Source: Octopus vulgaris
Taxonomy: Eukaryota
Reading direction: 5' to 3'
Assembly (NCBI GenBank): GCA_951406725.2
Contig: OX597832.1
Span: forward strand, 67,022,001 to 67,086,000
DNA length: 64,000 nucleotides
Part shown: piece after piece, positions 25,762 to 40,329 of the stretch
Numbering within the stretch: position 1 is the first letter of the stretch
How the letters are laid out: each line of letters begins with the position of its first letter
Position numbers and translations under genes: made by a program
The notes under the pieces: model-generated
Database searches by the model: none
What the model was told of the DNA's origin: nothing
The model's input: the letters and a program-made list of their open reading frames with translations, nothing else

Positions 25762-26709
25762 TCAGGCTGAGTTAAAGGTAAGCAACGTTTCGAAACATGA
25801 AATTCATCACAATATATTTCAACAATGCGGACATTTTATTCATCAAAGTAAGTGCCATTACAATCAACACCTTATTGCCAACGAGTTACAAGTTGGTTTA
25901 TTCCGGTAGCATAAAAAATCTGGGCGTCTGGAGCTAATGAACTCTTCGAACGCACTTTCAGCATCGGTTTAATTTTTCAACTCCTTCTCTCAGAGGAGAC
26001 CATCAAAGTGCTTCAAAAAGTGATAGTTGGTAGAAAGGTCGGGAGAATAAACTGGGTGAGGAAGAACTTCTGGAACGTCATTAGTGAAAAGTCTCTTTGA
26101 GCATTGTCGTTAAGAATGATTGGCCCTCTTCTGCTGGCCAGTCTAGGACAGAGGAGTAGCAGTCTTTCGTCCATTTTGGTAATTTCATGGCAACATATTG
26201 CTGCAGTAATGTTTTTGATTTTCGTTTTTGATTTTCCGATCGCATACAAATGGTTGCTGCCAGTTTTCTAACTTGAAGAATGTTTGCCAGTTCTCGGCGA
26301 CGACCTTAAATTGATTGTCATCGATAACAATGGGCATCCACTACGCTCACGATTTCCAAGGCTCAAGTCTCCACTGTGAAATCGTTTGAACCATTTTGGA
26401 GCTGACCACTCACTGGTTGTTTCCTCACTAACCCTTTTGCTGATATCGCGTGCAGTTTCAGCTGCTTTAAGTAACTTTTTTGAAGTTGAATAGCAAAAGT
26501 ATTCGAATAACGCGCTTTGACAGTTCCATTTCAGATGATTGTAACAACAGTGAAAAAATATCAATATTAATTCATTGATGTATTTGAGAAAGTCTATTTC
26601 TGTATAATCAGTCAACTGCCAAATAATGCTTTATTAATACAAAGCTCTGCACAAGTCCAGTACAAATACTTCATGGTTCGAAACGTTGCTTACGTTTTAC
26701 TCAACCTGA
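25762..26709 (-). mobile_element. Internally deleted mariner DNA transposon with TIRs and TA duplication
   Basis: TIR tcagg.tgagt.aa..gtaagcaacgtttcgaa.catgaa at both ends, each flanked by TA. Minus translations ETARDI..WFKRFHSGDLSL..RERSG.P and ILNDNA. Confidence 0.92.
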
Positions 26710-29381
26710 TATTTTCTTGCCCAATATAGAACTTCCTTAGTCCGCAATACTCATATAATGTTGCACACCACTAGCAGCGAGTGGTATCACCTGCTTTACG
26801 AAGCACTACACTAGGATCGTATTAATAAGCGAATGCAAGTTAGTTGAGAAAAATTGTACAATTCTCAGTGCTAATATATCCTTATACATTACTTTTTTTC
26901 CCTTTTAAAATATTTGATTAGAATTAAGAATGAAGACCCAAACTATACGAGTAAATAGTTTCGTCGGTGACATCGCTCTCCTCTTTGTGGGGAACTGAAA
27001 GAAATGCAACGTACAAGGAAATAAATTTTGTCACACTTCTTGATATTTAATCAGTGGCTTATATAGATGTATTTCACGAAAAACCTGTATTAGACCACGT
27101 CATGATGTTCACATGCTGGAGAAATTGTTTAGAAAATTGTTGCTCATCTCTCAGCAAAATCTTCCTCAGAAGAGATGCAATAAATGTCATTTAAACTCTC
27201 TTAAGGCATACTGAATTATAATAACAGTAAACAGACGATGCTATCATACCCTCATGTACGATGTGTATCTTAAAAATTGGAGAACAAGTAGTTACTATTA
27301 TAATACTGTTAAATATAGATCACTGTTGATATTGTGCAATATTAAACAACACTACTTAACCTATTGCTTCCTCGATTACTTATTGGACATTCTTAATTGA
27401 TTTTATAGAAATACATATAAATATTATGTATTAACTCCTTTACCAACAATATTTACAACTGCAAAGTAATGTTGTAATATTTGATAACATTATTAATACT
27501 TTATAATTATTATTTAGGAGAAGAGCAAGATGTTTTGACAGGGTAAGGGATCATGATAATAGAATGAAGTACTAAAGTTTTTTTTAAGATTAGGAATACG
27601 TAACAACAAAAGGCGGACATGTCGGGAAAGTGATTCCAAAAGATCTACTCAATCAGAACGAATATATCGATAGGTAGATAGACTATGCTTCAGCAAGTAT
27701 TGGCAAACTCGAGGGAGTTTCAGCTTGTTAGTTCCTAATCTGCTAATATTTGCAGCTATGTCTCTTTCAACCCGTTCAAAAAGCAAGATAAATTGGATAA
27801 TATCTGTCCACTATATAACAACATAAAAGAAAATAAGGCCATGGTTTAATGCCTCTTATCCGATGTCAGTTTGATCTGGGTTGAGACTACGCAAAGCATC
27901 GATAAACTGAAAACGGTTAATAAGTAAACCCTGATTGAGCTGTGATAACAAAAAAGAAAAACATTGTTTTATGAAAGCTTACAAAAATATCAAATATTAG
28001 AAAAAACAGTTTTTAAATAAATGGATTCACAATCATATAAATCAGGGAGTTAGGACAAACCATGCAAATTATGCTGAAGTTAACGTGATATTCATAAGAT
28101 ATATGACAGAAAAATAAAGACTAAAAAAAAGAAAACAAAAACGAAGCGCAGAGTAAGTCAAACAACAATAAATGAAGTATAACAAAAACAAAACGTACTG
28201 TATGGCAGAAGCAAGCTTTTATGTCTAGAGTAGTCTACACTGAACACATATGCTACAACGTCAACATGATGAATGTGTAATTAAATGAAGTGTAATGCCG
28301 TCAGAAAAGAATGAAAATAAAACTGTATATCACATTCTGTTGCAAAACCATAATCCTAAAGCTGATATTGGTAGGGTATAATTTTCTCATGCACAACGTG
28401 TCATAGATTCATTATAAATATAGCCCAATTACAAGCTAACTATTCAGTTTACAAAAGAAGAAAGAAAAAAAAGCTGGTTTAGCAGCATCGAAACAGAGAA
28501 TTATTAAGTAATAAGAAAGTGAAAAAGAAAATAATACAGCCTTCACGTAAATATTTTTTTTCAAAATAAATGTTCCCAAGATGTAATCTTTCTTTTTTTT
28601 ATCAATATAGCGTTCCTCACCTAATCACGTACAAATCATCATGTAACTCGACTGTGGACAAAATTTTGGTGGAGAAGAATATAAAAAGGGGGAAACGGGA
28701 GCATATTAAAAAGAAAAGGAATGTATGTTGAGAATGGAAGGGGAAAAAGAAGGATATCAATTTTCTCATTGAATACTGACATCGTCAATGACACACATTT
28801 ATACATGAAACCGGCATATACGTTAATATGCGAACACAACACATGCTCACATATGTGTGTGTGTATGTATGCATATGTCTATGTATGTGCATGTGTGCGT
28901 GTGCGTATATACACATGCATTCATACATACATATACATATATATATACATTTATATATATGTGTGTGTGTGTGTGTGTATACATATATATATCTACATAT
29001 ATGTATATATATGTATAGATGTATATACATGAATATACGGAGGTTCAAGGTCATAGGCTGGTTATGAAGGCGTTGACGCTAGAGCTGTGAAATCTTGCTT
29101 GCATTATTTTCCGATCTGTTACTGATAATTCCATTCTTTTGCGCGTAGAACAACTCAGATTTGACCGTTCAAAGAACACTTCAAATGTAATTATTAGGTC
29201 GTCAAGTATGACATTTGTAGAAGGTGTATGATAAACTTTGAAAGCTGCTCGTTTTGCGCGACAATTATAATTAGGCAATCTTTATTTTTTGTTAGAATGC
29301 GGACAAATATATTTCTTTATTCTAACTCATTTTGCCCTTTATGAAGTATTTATAAATCGTTTTCGCTATTTTTGTTTAGAG

Positions 29382-29952
29382 ATGGATAAGTCAGAATTTC
29401 GTACAGTTATGAAATATGAGATCTTGGAAAATACAGCATCACAGACAGCTCGGAATATTAATGTCGTATTTCATTCTAATGTTATTACAGCAGGGAGTAT
29501 CAAATTCTTTTGCAAAATTTTATTCTGGTAACTTTGACCTCACAAATGAGCAACGCAGTCGACCAGAAAGAAAGGTAGATAATGACGAACTGAAAACCAC
29601 CGTCAAGTCAGATCCATCTCAAAGTGCTCGTGAATTATCGCTGTTGTTTGATATTAGCAAGCAAACAATATTGACTCACCTAGTTCAAATCGGTAAAGCG
29701 AAAACGTTGGATAAGTGGGTTCCACATGAACGCAATGAAAATCAGGAACAGCAACGTTTGCAAGCCTGCATTATGCTATTGTCTCGTCACAAAAATTGAG
29801 TCATTTTTTAATCGAAATGTAACATGATGAGAAATGGATGTAATACAACAGCCGTAAACGTTCAGCACAATGGTTGGACAAAGTCAAGAGACCAAACTGC
29901 AGCCAAAAAGCAAAATTCCTCTAAAGAATCTGATGGTGTGTATTTGGTGGTG
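29382..29952 (+). pseudogene. Mariner transposase, 5' portion, frameshifted and truncated
   Basis: MDKSEFRTVMKYE..TARNIN; SGNFDLTNEQRSRP; WVPHE motif; decayed TxDEKW; MVCIWW. Confidence 0.9.
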
Positions 29953-30216
29953 AATTCCGCTGTTTCCGTGGAAGCAATTTCAACTATTAGTTGACGAAAT
30001 GGGTGGAAGAGAAGAAAGCTAATGCGTTGAACGTACGTGCGTGTATGTAAAATATTTCGTTATATCTATATTCCACAACACAGAAATACATAAAAACAGA
30101 ACAGGCACAGACAAGAACAAGCAAGCACGCACGCACGTACAACGCATTAACTTTTTTCTCCTCCTCCCATTTCGTCAACTGACAGTTGACACTATCTCCA
30201 CGGGAACAGCCGAATT
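29953..30216. mobile_element. MITE-like fold-back element with ~90 bp arms
   Basis: gctgtttccgtgga..agttgacgaaatggg..aatgcgttg.acgt.cgtgcgtg is inverted at 30127-30216. Confidence 0.8.
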
Positions 30217-30250
30217 GAAGTGTTTTGATTGTGTCGAGTCATATCGAAAG

Positions 30251-30299
<49 letters not shown>

Positions 30300-30492
30300 A
30301 GTGTTTGAACAAAATATAAACATCAGCGCTTAGCCAATTTTAAGTAAGTAACAATAGATTTGGCATTTCCACGTGACAATATGATCACTTATTCAGAATG
30401 AGAGCAGACATAATTAAGTTGTGTGCTTTCCCAGCCACATAGTTAGGAGCCCTAGAAGTTTGTGTGTATGTACATATGTATGTGCGTGTACA

Positions 30493-30531
<39 letters not shown>

Positions 30532-30570
30532 CTATCTATTCCTTTCTTTCAGTATATATATATGTATGTG

Positions 30571-30603
<33 letters not shown>

Positions 30604-30650
30604 ATACATATATTTATATATATATATATGTGTATATATATACATATATA

Positions 30651-30688
<38 letters not shown>

Positions 30689-31706
30689 ATGTATACATAC
30701 ACACATATATATAGTTATGTATATATGTATATAGGTGTCTATTTTGTGTGTCTGTGTATGTGTGTGTGCATGTTTGTGTGTGAGAGTGTGTGTACGTGTG
30801 TGTTTCTAGTTAAACAGTCTTAGCTACACAGTGGATAACAACCGCTAAAACAGTTTGAAACTTCTTTTAAGAGACAAACTCACATCAGAGTTACCATTTG
30901 TAAACACTTAATAATTTATATACAACTAATTATTAAAGTGGAAAATTTATCAAAAAGCCATTTCTATTCATCTTCTTAAACACACATACACACATTCTTA
31001 CACAAACACACACACACACATATGGTTGTGAATACCAGCGCGTACAACTTGCTAAACCTACATTTATCCTGCTGAATCAAACTATTTTCACATAAGCAAC
31101 CGCGTATTTAATATTTGATTAATCGTGTTCTTGTGTCTGATCTCTCCTATCCCCCCGCATATTTGCTAAACTATCAACCATCGTTTATTGATTACTCATA
31201 TTATCCTATCATTATTACAATGAAAAACAAAAAAAGAACTATAATATTATTTATATCATAAAATATAGTATAACACATGATATAGATTATATAGAAATAT
31301 ATTTGTGACAGAATGAAAGAATCTTCACGTTAATTGTTTTGTTATATTATTGAAAAGATCTAAGTTTCAAATTAATCTTCTTTAACACTAAATATTATGG
31401 ACACCACTTATTAAGACTTGAAAACTCAAATATCTGATTACTATTTTTGTGAATATTTGTCGGTAGGAAACATACGAATGTAATCTACACATTCATACGA
31501 AAATGCACCCAACCCATATATATATAGCCCTAGTAACCACACCTTTTAAGATATGGATTTCTAATCTAGTTCACTCACATCCTCACCTCATTTTACATCT
31601 TCCTATAAATTTTGGAGTCAATCCGACGAGATCTAGTGCCCTTTAACCCGTTCCAATCCCCAAACCAGACAAACAAACTTTTCGCAAGTCAGATTTATGG
31701 ATATTG

Positions 31707-31765
<59 letters not shown>

Positions 31766-32148
31766 ATACCGAATACCGAAAATATTAGAAATAGCAGCAA
31801 GATAGGTCATTATTTCTACTACTAGTAAAAAAAGTCTCCGCAAACAAACAGAATTTGTAACCCGTATATGGTAAAGAGAAATAAGACAACGAAATCCCAG
31901 CCTATTGGATTAATTATTGACGAATTCGTTTCTAGATTAGAACCGAAGGTTCATTTCCTTGTCAACATAATATTTCATATAAATCTAGAAATGCTAGGAA
32001 AAAAAAACTCACCTGTTACATCAACCCGATCAGGTGACATCGAACGATATAACGGTCCGCTAGCATCTCCACATTTATATAGACAGGCGAATTCGTATCT
32101 CACTCCAAAATTCCCACGTGAGTTACAAAAACAATACCAACGAAACGA

Positions 32149-32204
<56 letters not shown>

Positions 32205-32456
32205 TGCATGTGTATTAGATAAAATAAGATAACAAGGCCAAGGCAATGTGACTTACATACCCTTACCTGCCTTTTATGTCCTCATATTATATATATATAT
32301 ATATAATTATGAGTATGTATATGTGTAAATGTGTATGAATATATGCGCGAGAGTTTGTAAATGGATTCTCTGAGTTGCTGGAGAACACAATCTGTAGAAA
32401 GGTGAATAAATGGTCTTCTGCTTATGTAGGACAAACGGATTAATTCAATTTTCCGT

Positions 32457-32650
32457 AGAGGTGCAGTGGCCCGGTGGTAAGGGCAGTGAACTTGCGGTCG
32501 TAGGATAGTGGTTTCGATTCCCAGATCGGGGGTTATGAGTGTTTATAGAGCGAAAACTATTAAAGCACCACGAAGCTCCGGCAGGCGTTGGCGGCGAACC
32601 CTGCTGTACTCTTTCACCACAACTTACACTCATTTTTTCCTCTTTCTGCA
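32457..32650 (+). mobile_element. tRNA-derived SINE head (second family)
   Basis: A box tggcccggtggt and B box gtttcgattcc. Confidence 0.7.
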
Positions 32651-33385
32651 AAGGCGGTGTGCTGGCAGAAACGTTAGCACGCTGGGTGAAATGCTTAGCT
32701 GTATTTCGTCTGTTTTCATGTTCTGAGTTCAAATTCCGCCGAGGTCGACTTTCCCTTTCGGGGACGATTAAATAAGTACCAGTTATGCATTGGGGTCGAT
32801 ATAATCGACTTAATCCGTTTGTCTGTTCTTGTTTGTCCTCTCTGTGTTTAGCCCATTGCGGGTAGTAAATAAATAATTATTTCTTCTGCCGCTACATTCT
32901 GAGTTCCAATTCCGCCGAACACGACTTTGACTTTCATCCATTCGGGGTCGATTAAATAAGTACCAGTTACGCACTGGAGTCGATATAATCGACTTAATTC
33001 CTTCGTTTGTCCTTGTTTGTCCCCTCTGTGTTTAGTCCCTTATGGGTAGTAAAGAAATTGGTATATCGTCTGCCAACACGTTCTGCGTTCAAATTCCGCC
33101 GAGGTCGACTTTGCCTTTCATCCTTTCGGGGTCGATTAAATAAGTACCAGTTACGCACTGGGGTCGATATAATCGACTTAATCCGTTTGTCTGTCCATGC
33201 TTGTCTCTTCTATGTTTAGCCATTTGTGGGTAGTAAAGAAATAGGTATTTCGTCTATCTCTACGTTCGACTTCGCCTGTCATCCTTTCGGGGTCGATGAA
33301 TTAAGTAGCAGTTGCATACTGGGGTCGATCTAATCGACTCGTGCCTTCCCCCAAAATTTTGGGTCTTCTACCTAGAGTAGAAAAT
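32651..33385 (+). mobile_element. SINE with an internal ~180 bp unit multimerised about 4 times
   Basis: Head aaggcgg..ctggcagaaacgttagcacg, then repeated gttctgagttcaaattccgccgaggtcgac..taagtaccagtta.gcactggggtcgatataatcgactta..gggtagtaaagaaat. Confidence 0.92.
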
Positions 33386-34329
33386 AGTCATTCAATTTCG
33401 CGGTTTTTTTCCCGTTATTCGTTCACATCCGTGTTTTATGTTGTATCTTAATGGAACTAACAATAAGCTTTATTGAATTGCTGGACCCGCTGTAATCCAA
33501 AAATAGATTCTTCATATTATGTAACTGAAATACACCAGATGTCCCTTAGAAAATTCTGCATTAATGATGAAATCTCGTGATCCAAACAACTAGCAATGAA
33601 AGCAAAGTATTATTATCTATCTTCGTTTTTCCGTTTTTATATACCCTACCATTTATGCTGCTGATAATTCTCCTTCCTATATTATAAGTGTTTGCCGCCT
33701 GTACGCCGATCTATATTAAAATATAATATACGCTTGCTCTTGCATTAATTCTGTATATTTCTAACCAAGAATAACGATATATAACTGGTTATCTCAGGCT
33801 TTCGAAAATTAATGATGTTTATCAGTTTGATGGATTTGCTTTAATTTTTAAGAAGAGGCAATCTGACAGCAAAGCTGAAAAACAAAAGATATTTGATGAA
33901 TTACGGTGTTTTATATGGATATCAACAAATACAAAGAAGATTAATATCGAGATAAAATTTGCGAATATCAACCATTCCTCTCGCTGTTTACAGAAAAAAA
34001 CTCAAATTGTGTAATGTCGTGGGTTGGAAGATAAATAAAATCTACGCAACTACCAGATGTGCAGAGTAAAACATGAATGTAACCAGTATTTTTCTTAAAA
34101 CGGGTGGGAATATATTTGAATCGGGAATATTGTGGAATCCCATTTCTCCGACACTGAAGATGCCCAAGCCACAAATCATATGGAGAATTATTCTAAACCA
34201 GATGTTCTGAGAAGTAACACAAAAATATAAAATGGCTTGTACAAGTGTAAATGTTTGACTTACAATATAAATGATTATAATTCTCTCTAGCACAGTCAAA
34301 ACTGGTGAAATTGTATGGAAAAGGGTAAG

Positions 34330-34730
34330 ATTAGTCGACACCATCGACCTAGCATTTCATTGGTACTTTATTTTATCGACCAGAAAGGAGGAAAGGTAAA
34401 GTTGACCACTGAGGGATATGAAACCAAACTCTAGTGAAGCGAAAATATAAACCGCCACATTCTATACGACGCTCTGCTGATCATACTAATTTGCGCCTTT
34501 TAGCTCGTGAATTAGGCACGCGTCCAGCAATAATGATGGAAAGAGATAAGTCGAGACCATGGACCTCTGTGCATCACTGGTACTTTACTTTCCGACTTCA
34601 AAACAATTAGTGAAAAGTTAACCTACGCGGTGTTTGAAGCCACGGTGTAAAGAGTCAGAAGAAATACCACATCATTTTTAAAATTCATTTTATCGCTCGC
34701 TTTGACGAGTCTGCTATTTCACTGCGCTAG
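34330..34730 (-). mobile_element. Two adjacent decayed copies of the 32651 SINE
   Basis: tggtacttta.tt.tcgac..aaagtt.acc blocks occur twice. Confidence 0.7.
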
Positions 34731-35387
34731 AATTGTCCATATAACTGCCCATGGGACAGAAGCGACGGCAGTATCGTAATACAATGGGGCCGTATCAGAC
34801 TTTACACAAAACCGATCCAAATAGTATTTCTTTACTTGTAATACATAATGTATAAATATTGCTATCTGTAACATGTATCAACATTGCTAAACATATAGTT
34901 ATTCCAATGAGTTATACATACATTTTTTTAATAGGATATTGGCAAATTAAAAACACATTAATAATCTAATCAAATAAAATTTTGTATAAAATACAACTCC
35001 GTATTAAATTATTACATATTTAAAAGCAGAACTTTTAAGGGTTTACATATTTCGAAATGTATTTATGGTACAGAAAGTGTTTGTTGCTAAGGGATAAACT
35101 ACGATTTATTTTTATGCTCCTTAACATTCATTTCCTGCATTTCTGTTCTATTAAATAGCTTTGCAAGTTTTCCTCCTTTCTCTTTCTTTTCTATTTTTTA
35201 CTTTTTATTGTTGATTTAGTTAAACAATTATTCAGCGAGGTAAAAGAAATCCAGATGACTTTCTTTTTTCATCAACTCATTTAAATTGAAAATGGCGGTT
35301 TATATATATATCAGTCCATAATGTCACGATATTCTAAGTGTTCTACAGAAAATATTGAAAAGTAGTCATTAACTATACAGAAACGGA

Positions 35388-35389
<2 letters not shown>

Positions 35390-35468
<79 letters not shown>

Positions 35469-35520
35469 TAATAATAATATAATAATAATAATAACTATAA
35501 CAGTAATAATAACTATAACA

Positions 35521-35564
<44 letters not shown>

Positions 35565-35661
35565 CATAATAATAGAAGAAGAAGAAGAAGAAGAAGAAGA
35601 AGAAGAAGAAGAAGAAGAAGAAGAAGAAGAAGAAGAAGAAGAAGAAGAAGAAGAAGAAGAA
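35390..35661. repeat. (AAT)n followed by (GAA)n microsatellite
   Basis: Direct reading. Confidence 0.98.
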
Positions 35662-36533
35662 CGTTATGATAATTTAGTTTACGAATGCAATATGCAATAT
35701 TAATTTATTGAAAATCAACGTTTTCTCTATGAAAGGCGGGCAATGGATAAAAATAATGTATATGTATAGTCTTTAAATACATAGTGAGACTGGAGAATAA
35801 TCACCATAATTAACCTGTATTAATAGACATTTACTACAATGGTTGAATAGAATTACGTTTAAAAAATCTTGACTAATCATTCGGTTCATATAAAAAATGT
35901 ATTATAATGATACCTCATAACTAATGATATCTGAATACTTATATTCCCAGTATAGCAAATATATTTAGACGTTATTTCAACAGAATAATATATCAACTAT
36001 TCAGACATAAATTGAATCAATCTTATTCGCAAACAAAGTTGCAAACGGTGTATATTAAAACAGGAACATATTGTCCCATTGAAAATCGTCTCTGTATGGA
36101 TCTGTGGGGTATAAAGAATTAAGGGTCGTCGACGAAAGCAAAAGGTACCCCCTCTCTATTTCTTCCTTCCCAACATCCTAACAGCCGACGAATTGCATTG
36201 AAGAAAGAATTTTTAAAAGATCGAGGTGTCTATCTCCTGTCTATCTATCGTGCCTGTTAATTTGTGAATTCGTAGACCGTTGAATTTATATTATATAATT
36301 ATAACATGAGTTACACCGCGCCCATAATTATGATTTGAATGTACGGGATCTTCAGCTTTGTCTGAGAGGAAATTCTCTCCTCTTCGATGACATATATCCA
36401 ACAAGCAGCAAACGATGTATTTAAAATTCCTGTTCACAGAAACGTAAAACTTTTCCTTCTCAGCTAAAATGACCAATCCGAAAATGTATATTCCTCACCC
36501 GAGATGTGCGTATTTATTTATGTATATATCTAC

Positions 36534-36575
<42 letters not shown>

Positions 36576-36590
36576 GTAGATATATACATA

Positions 36591-36671
<81 letters not shown>

Positions 36672-36727
36672 CCTACCTACATAGGCATTAGTGTGTCCTC
36701 ACACACACATGCAAATACATACATACA

Positions 36728-36762
<35 letters not shown>

Positions 36763-38059
36763 GAGAAAAACGCCCCTGTCCAATGGACGGTGCTGCGTTG
36801 TCAAACATTTAAACCAAATTTTCTCAAAACAACTTCTCCCACCGTCTCATAAGCCTCCCTTTTGAGAAACCTAAATTTGCGACACCAGCAAAATACGAAT
36901 TTCGACTGGTGTACTTGCGCGTACAAATGCCCGTTCCCATGGCTTTATCGATCGCATTCTCACCTGGAATCGATTTTTTTTCAAGACTTATACACGCATT
37001 TATACCGTCGGTATCTACTTATAATATTTTTATCGTTGTGTGCGTATGTTTTTACCTTTATCTAGCCACCAGTGTAGGTACGTTAACGTCTCCGTCACCT
37101 GATGGTTACGCAAAAGACCGATAGAAGAGCAAAACAAATACAGGATTCAATCAACACTTTCAAAGAGGTGCCCAAGCTTGGTTGTAATTCAATCACCGAA
37201 ATAATTATAAGTATAAAAGAATATAAGATAACTGAATAAATTTGACAGAGGACACAACATATTATTGTGAACAATGCTATAAATGACCACTTCCGATGTG
37301 TAAGTGCAACGGAATTTGTTGCTCCTCCTTGTTTCACTATTTCCTTTACAATTTATTGATCCCATGTAAGTGTATAATTTTCTTTTGACAGTAATTGTGG
37401 TGTTCATTATCATACCCGTTAAGAAAAATATTGAATTTTCACTTTTTTAAAATTTTGTAGGCCATTATCTTATATATTTTTCAACAAAGTAAGAGAATGC
37501 TTTAACGATAATCTAAATGGTAAATACACACAAGAAACGATATCCACTATAAAAAACATCGAGGAATTAAAAGCTGAAAATATTTATGAAAACGTTGTCT
37601 TGACTAAAGTTTGCATATCTGTACTTAAAAGATAGCAAGTCTGTCTGTCATTAGAAATTAGTTTATAAAACTCGATTTCAATACACCAAATGCTCATATC
37701 TTAATTTCATAAAATTGAGACTATCAGCGTAAATGGGTTTTACGTCAGCTATGTTTGCAACATGTTTTCATACAACAAACGATTGTAGGTTTCTCTATTT
37801 CTGTACCACCCTATTTACAAATAATCAGGATATAAGCACACAAATATACATGCAGACAGCACACACACATACACACACACGCACACTCACACACACAAAT
37901 GTATGAATGTATTTATAACAATTAAGTCTATGTCCAATTTTAATACATGGGAAATCGTATAACAATTTATGTGGAAGTGAATATCCGATTTTAAAACATC
38001 CAAAAGGTAAATGTAGATGACACATATTCTCGTGCGCACATACATCTAACTAGAAGTCT

Positions 38060-38225
38060 GTGTGTATGCACACGCACACACACACACACGCACACAAACA
38101 CACGCACACAAACACACGCACAAACACACAAACACACACACCTTCAGACACACACACAAACACATACACCATCACACACACACACACACACACGCACACA
38201 CGCACACAAACACACACACACATAT
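38060..38225. repeat. Degenerate (CA)n tract
   Basis: Direct reading. Confidence 0.95.
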
Positions 38226-40146
38226 ATATATGTGCGTAATTCTATACATTCCCTTATTGTATTACACTTTTCCGCCATTAATGCGATATAGCTAGCGGAG
38301 ACATAGTCAATAATATCAACATATATACTTATTTAAAATCTGTAACTCCAGAAATCTTACCAATCTGTAGCGAAATAGAAAGTGTGGCACCTGGAACTAC
38401 ACAGAATACAGATATCACAAAATACACGAGTACAAATGCACATACACAGAGGCACGCGCACTCACAAACTTCACCCACCCATACACACACGCATGCACAT
38501 ACACAAACAAACTCGCACACACACATAAATAGACACACATATTGCAAAGCATAGATATACATACAAATCGATACTTTCTGCAGGTACCTCTTTAATGAAT
38601 CTTGGCCAATCCTTACAATTCGAAGTAAAAATATCTTAAAATAGATTCATATATTTATATGTATATGCAGCTGTCGAGTTATAGGATCTGTTATGCTTGA
38701 ACAACTAATGGCATTTGGACCCAGCCAAACATAACGGTGAAACATGTGTAGGAACTATAATGTAAACTTTTGTTTAGCCATACTTCTTATGTATACATGT
38801 ACATTTTTGAGACAGAATATATGTAGGTATGCACGCAAGCATTTACATATGCATAGATATATGTGTGTGTTTGTGTGTGTGTGTATGTGTGTGTGAATGT
38901 TTGTGTATGTGTTAATTAGTTATATAATTCTAGACAATTTAGATACATAGAAATGTACGATGTCAAAAACGGCTAGGTACAATAATATGCAACTCAAAAT
39001 GATGCAAAATAAACAAAAGACAGCAGATTTCTGTTTTTTATTGTAGATATGTAAGTACTACATCCTACTAAAGCCGTAGATCCGACTCAGGGCTGGTTGT
39101 AGACGCGTCAGAGTTGTAAAAATGAAAAAAACTTACAATAGCTGTTTCAGTAGAATGATATTGATGTATTCACAGATTACATCATAGCATAAAATCAACT
39201 ATCGTCAGGTAAAATGTTATCATGTATAAACAGATGATACCTTGATGATAGCGAATCAAACCAACACTTTTGTATAGATGACATTAAAAAAAAACTTTCA
39301 AATTCCTAGATAATTAGTGCGGGAAATCACTATATAGGTCAAACAGGAATGTCTCTCCGCTGAAGAACAAATCTTCACAAAAAAAACAAATCAGCTACCC
39401 ACAATATAGTCAGTGATCACATACAAAGATGTGCTAGGAACCTTAAACCGAACTTCTTAAGTTTCCCTTCCTATCGATGTTCACAGAACACCTCAGTACA
39501 GCAAAGATTAAATGAAGAAGCAACTTTCATTAATAGATATTCACAACTCAACATGAACTCGCAACTTGATACAGGACACTACAATCCTTACAAATACCAA
39601 TAATGACACTAATCTCCATACATTCCATACACCATTCATATTCCAGTAATTATATCCACCTTAATTGCATCACTTCCAGGACGGCTTACCTCCCTTGAAT
39701 GTAATATTTTCACTCAAGTATTGTTAGACTCAACATCGTCTAGAAATCGGTGTTCATTCAAAGTCAGTGATCAGCTCTAAAGATACCGGTATGATTTTGA
39801 ATCTCTATAATGATCTTTATACTTCATAATTCCGTATAAAGTCATTTAACTGAATGTATATATCTTTGCTATTCTTAAAAAAACTTTTATTTTTTTTAAT
39901 CTAAAGTGAATTTTCTTTGTTTGCTTTTTACTTTCCATTATTTATACCACGTGTAGTCGTTTTTATTGAAACATATTTCTATTGTATACAAAACATATAT
40001 ATATATGTATGTATGTATGTATGTGTGTGTGTGTGTTTATGTGTATGCTTGTGTGAGTGCGTATGTATGTACTGAAATGTATGTATTGAGTTCGCTTCCC
40101 TGCGTGCATGTACATGTATACTCGTGTTTCCATATATGTATATACT

Positions 40147-40200
<54 letters not shown>

Positions 40201-40203
40201 TAT

Positions 40204-40253
<50 letters not shown>

Positions 40254-40329
40254 AAGAGATGGGGAAACAGCGAGGGATATAGATATATACATATATATAT
40301 ATATATGCATGTATATATAAGTAGATATA

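Noticed and set aside
32700-33385. CRISPR-like periodicity
   Set aside because: Whole units repeat with no unique spacers; eukaryotic SINE multimer; no cas genes.
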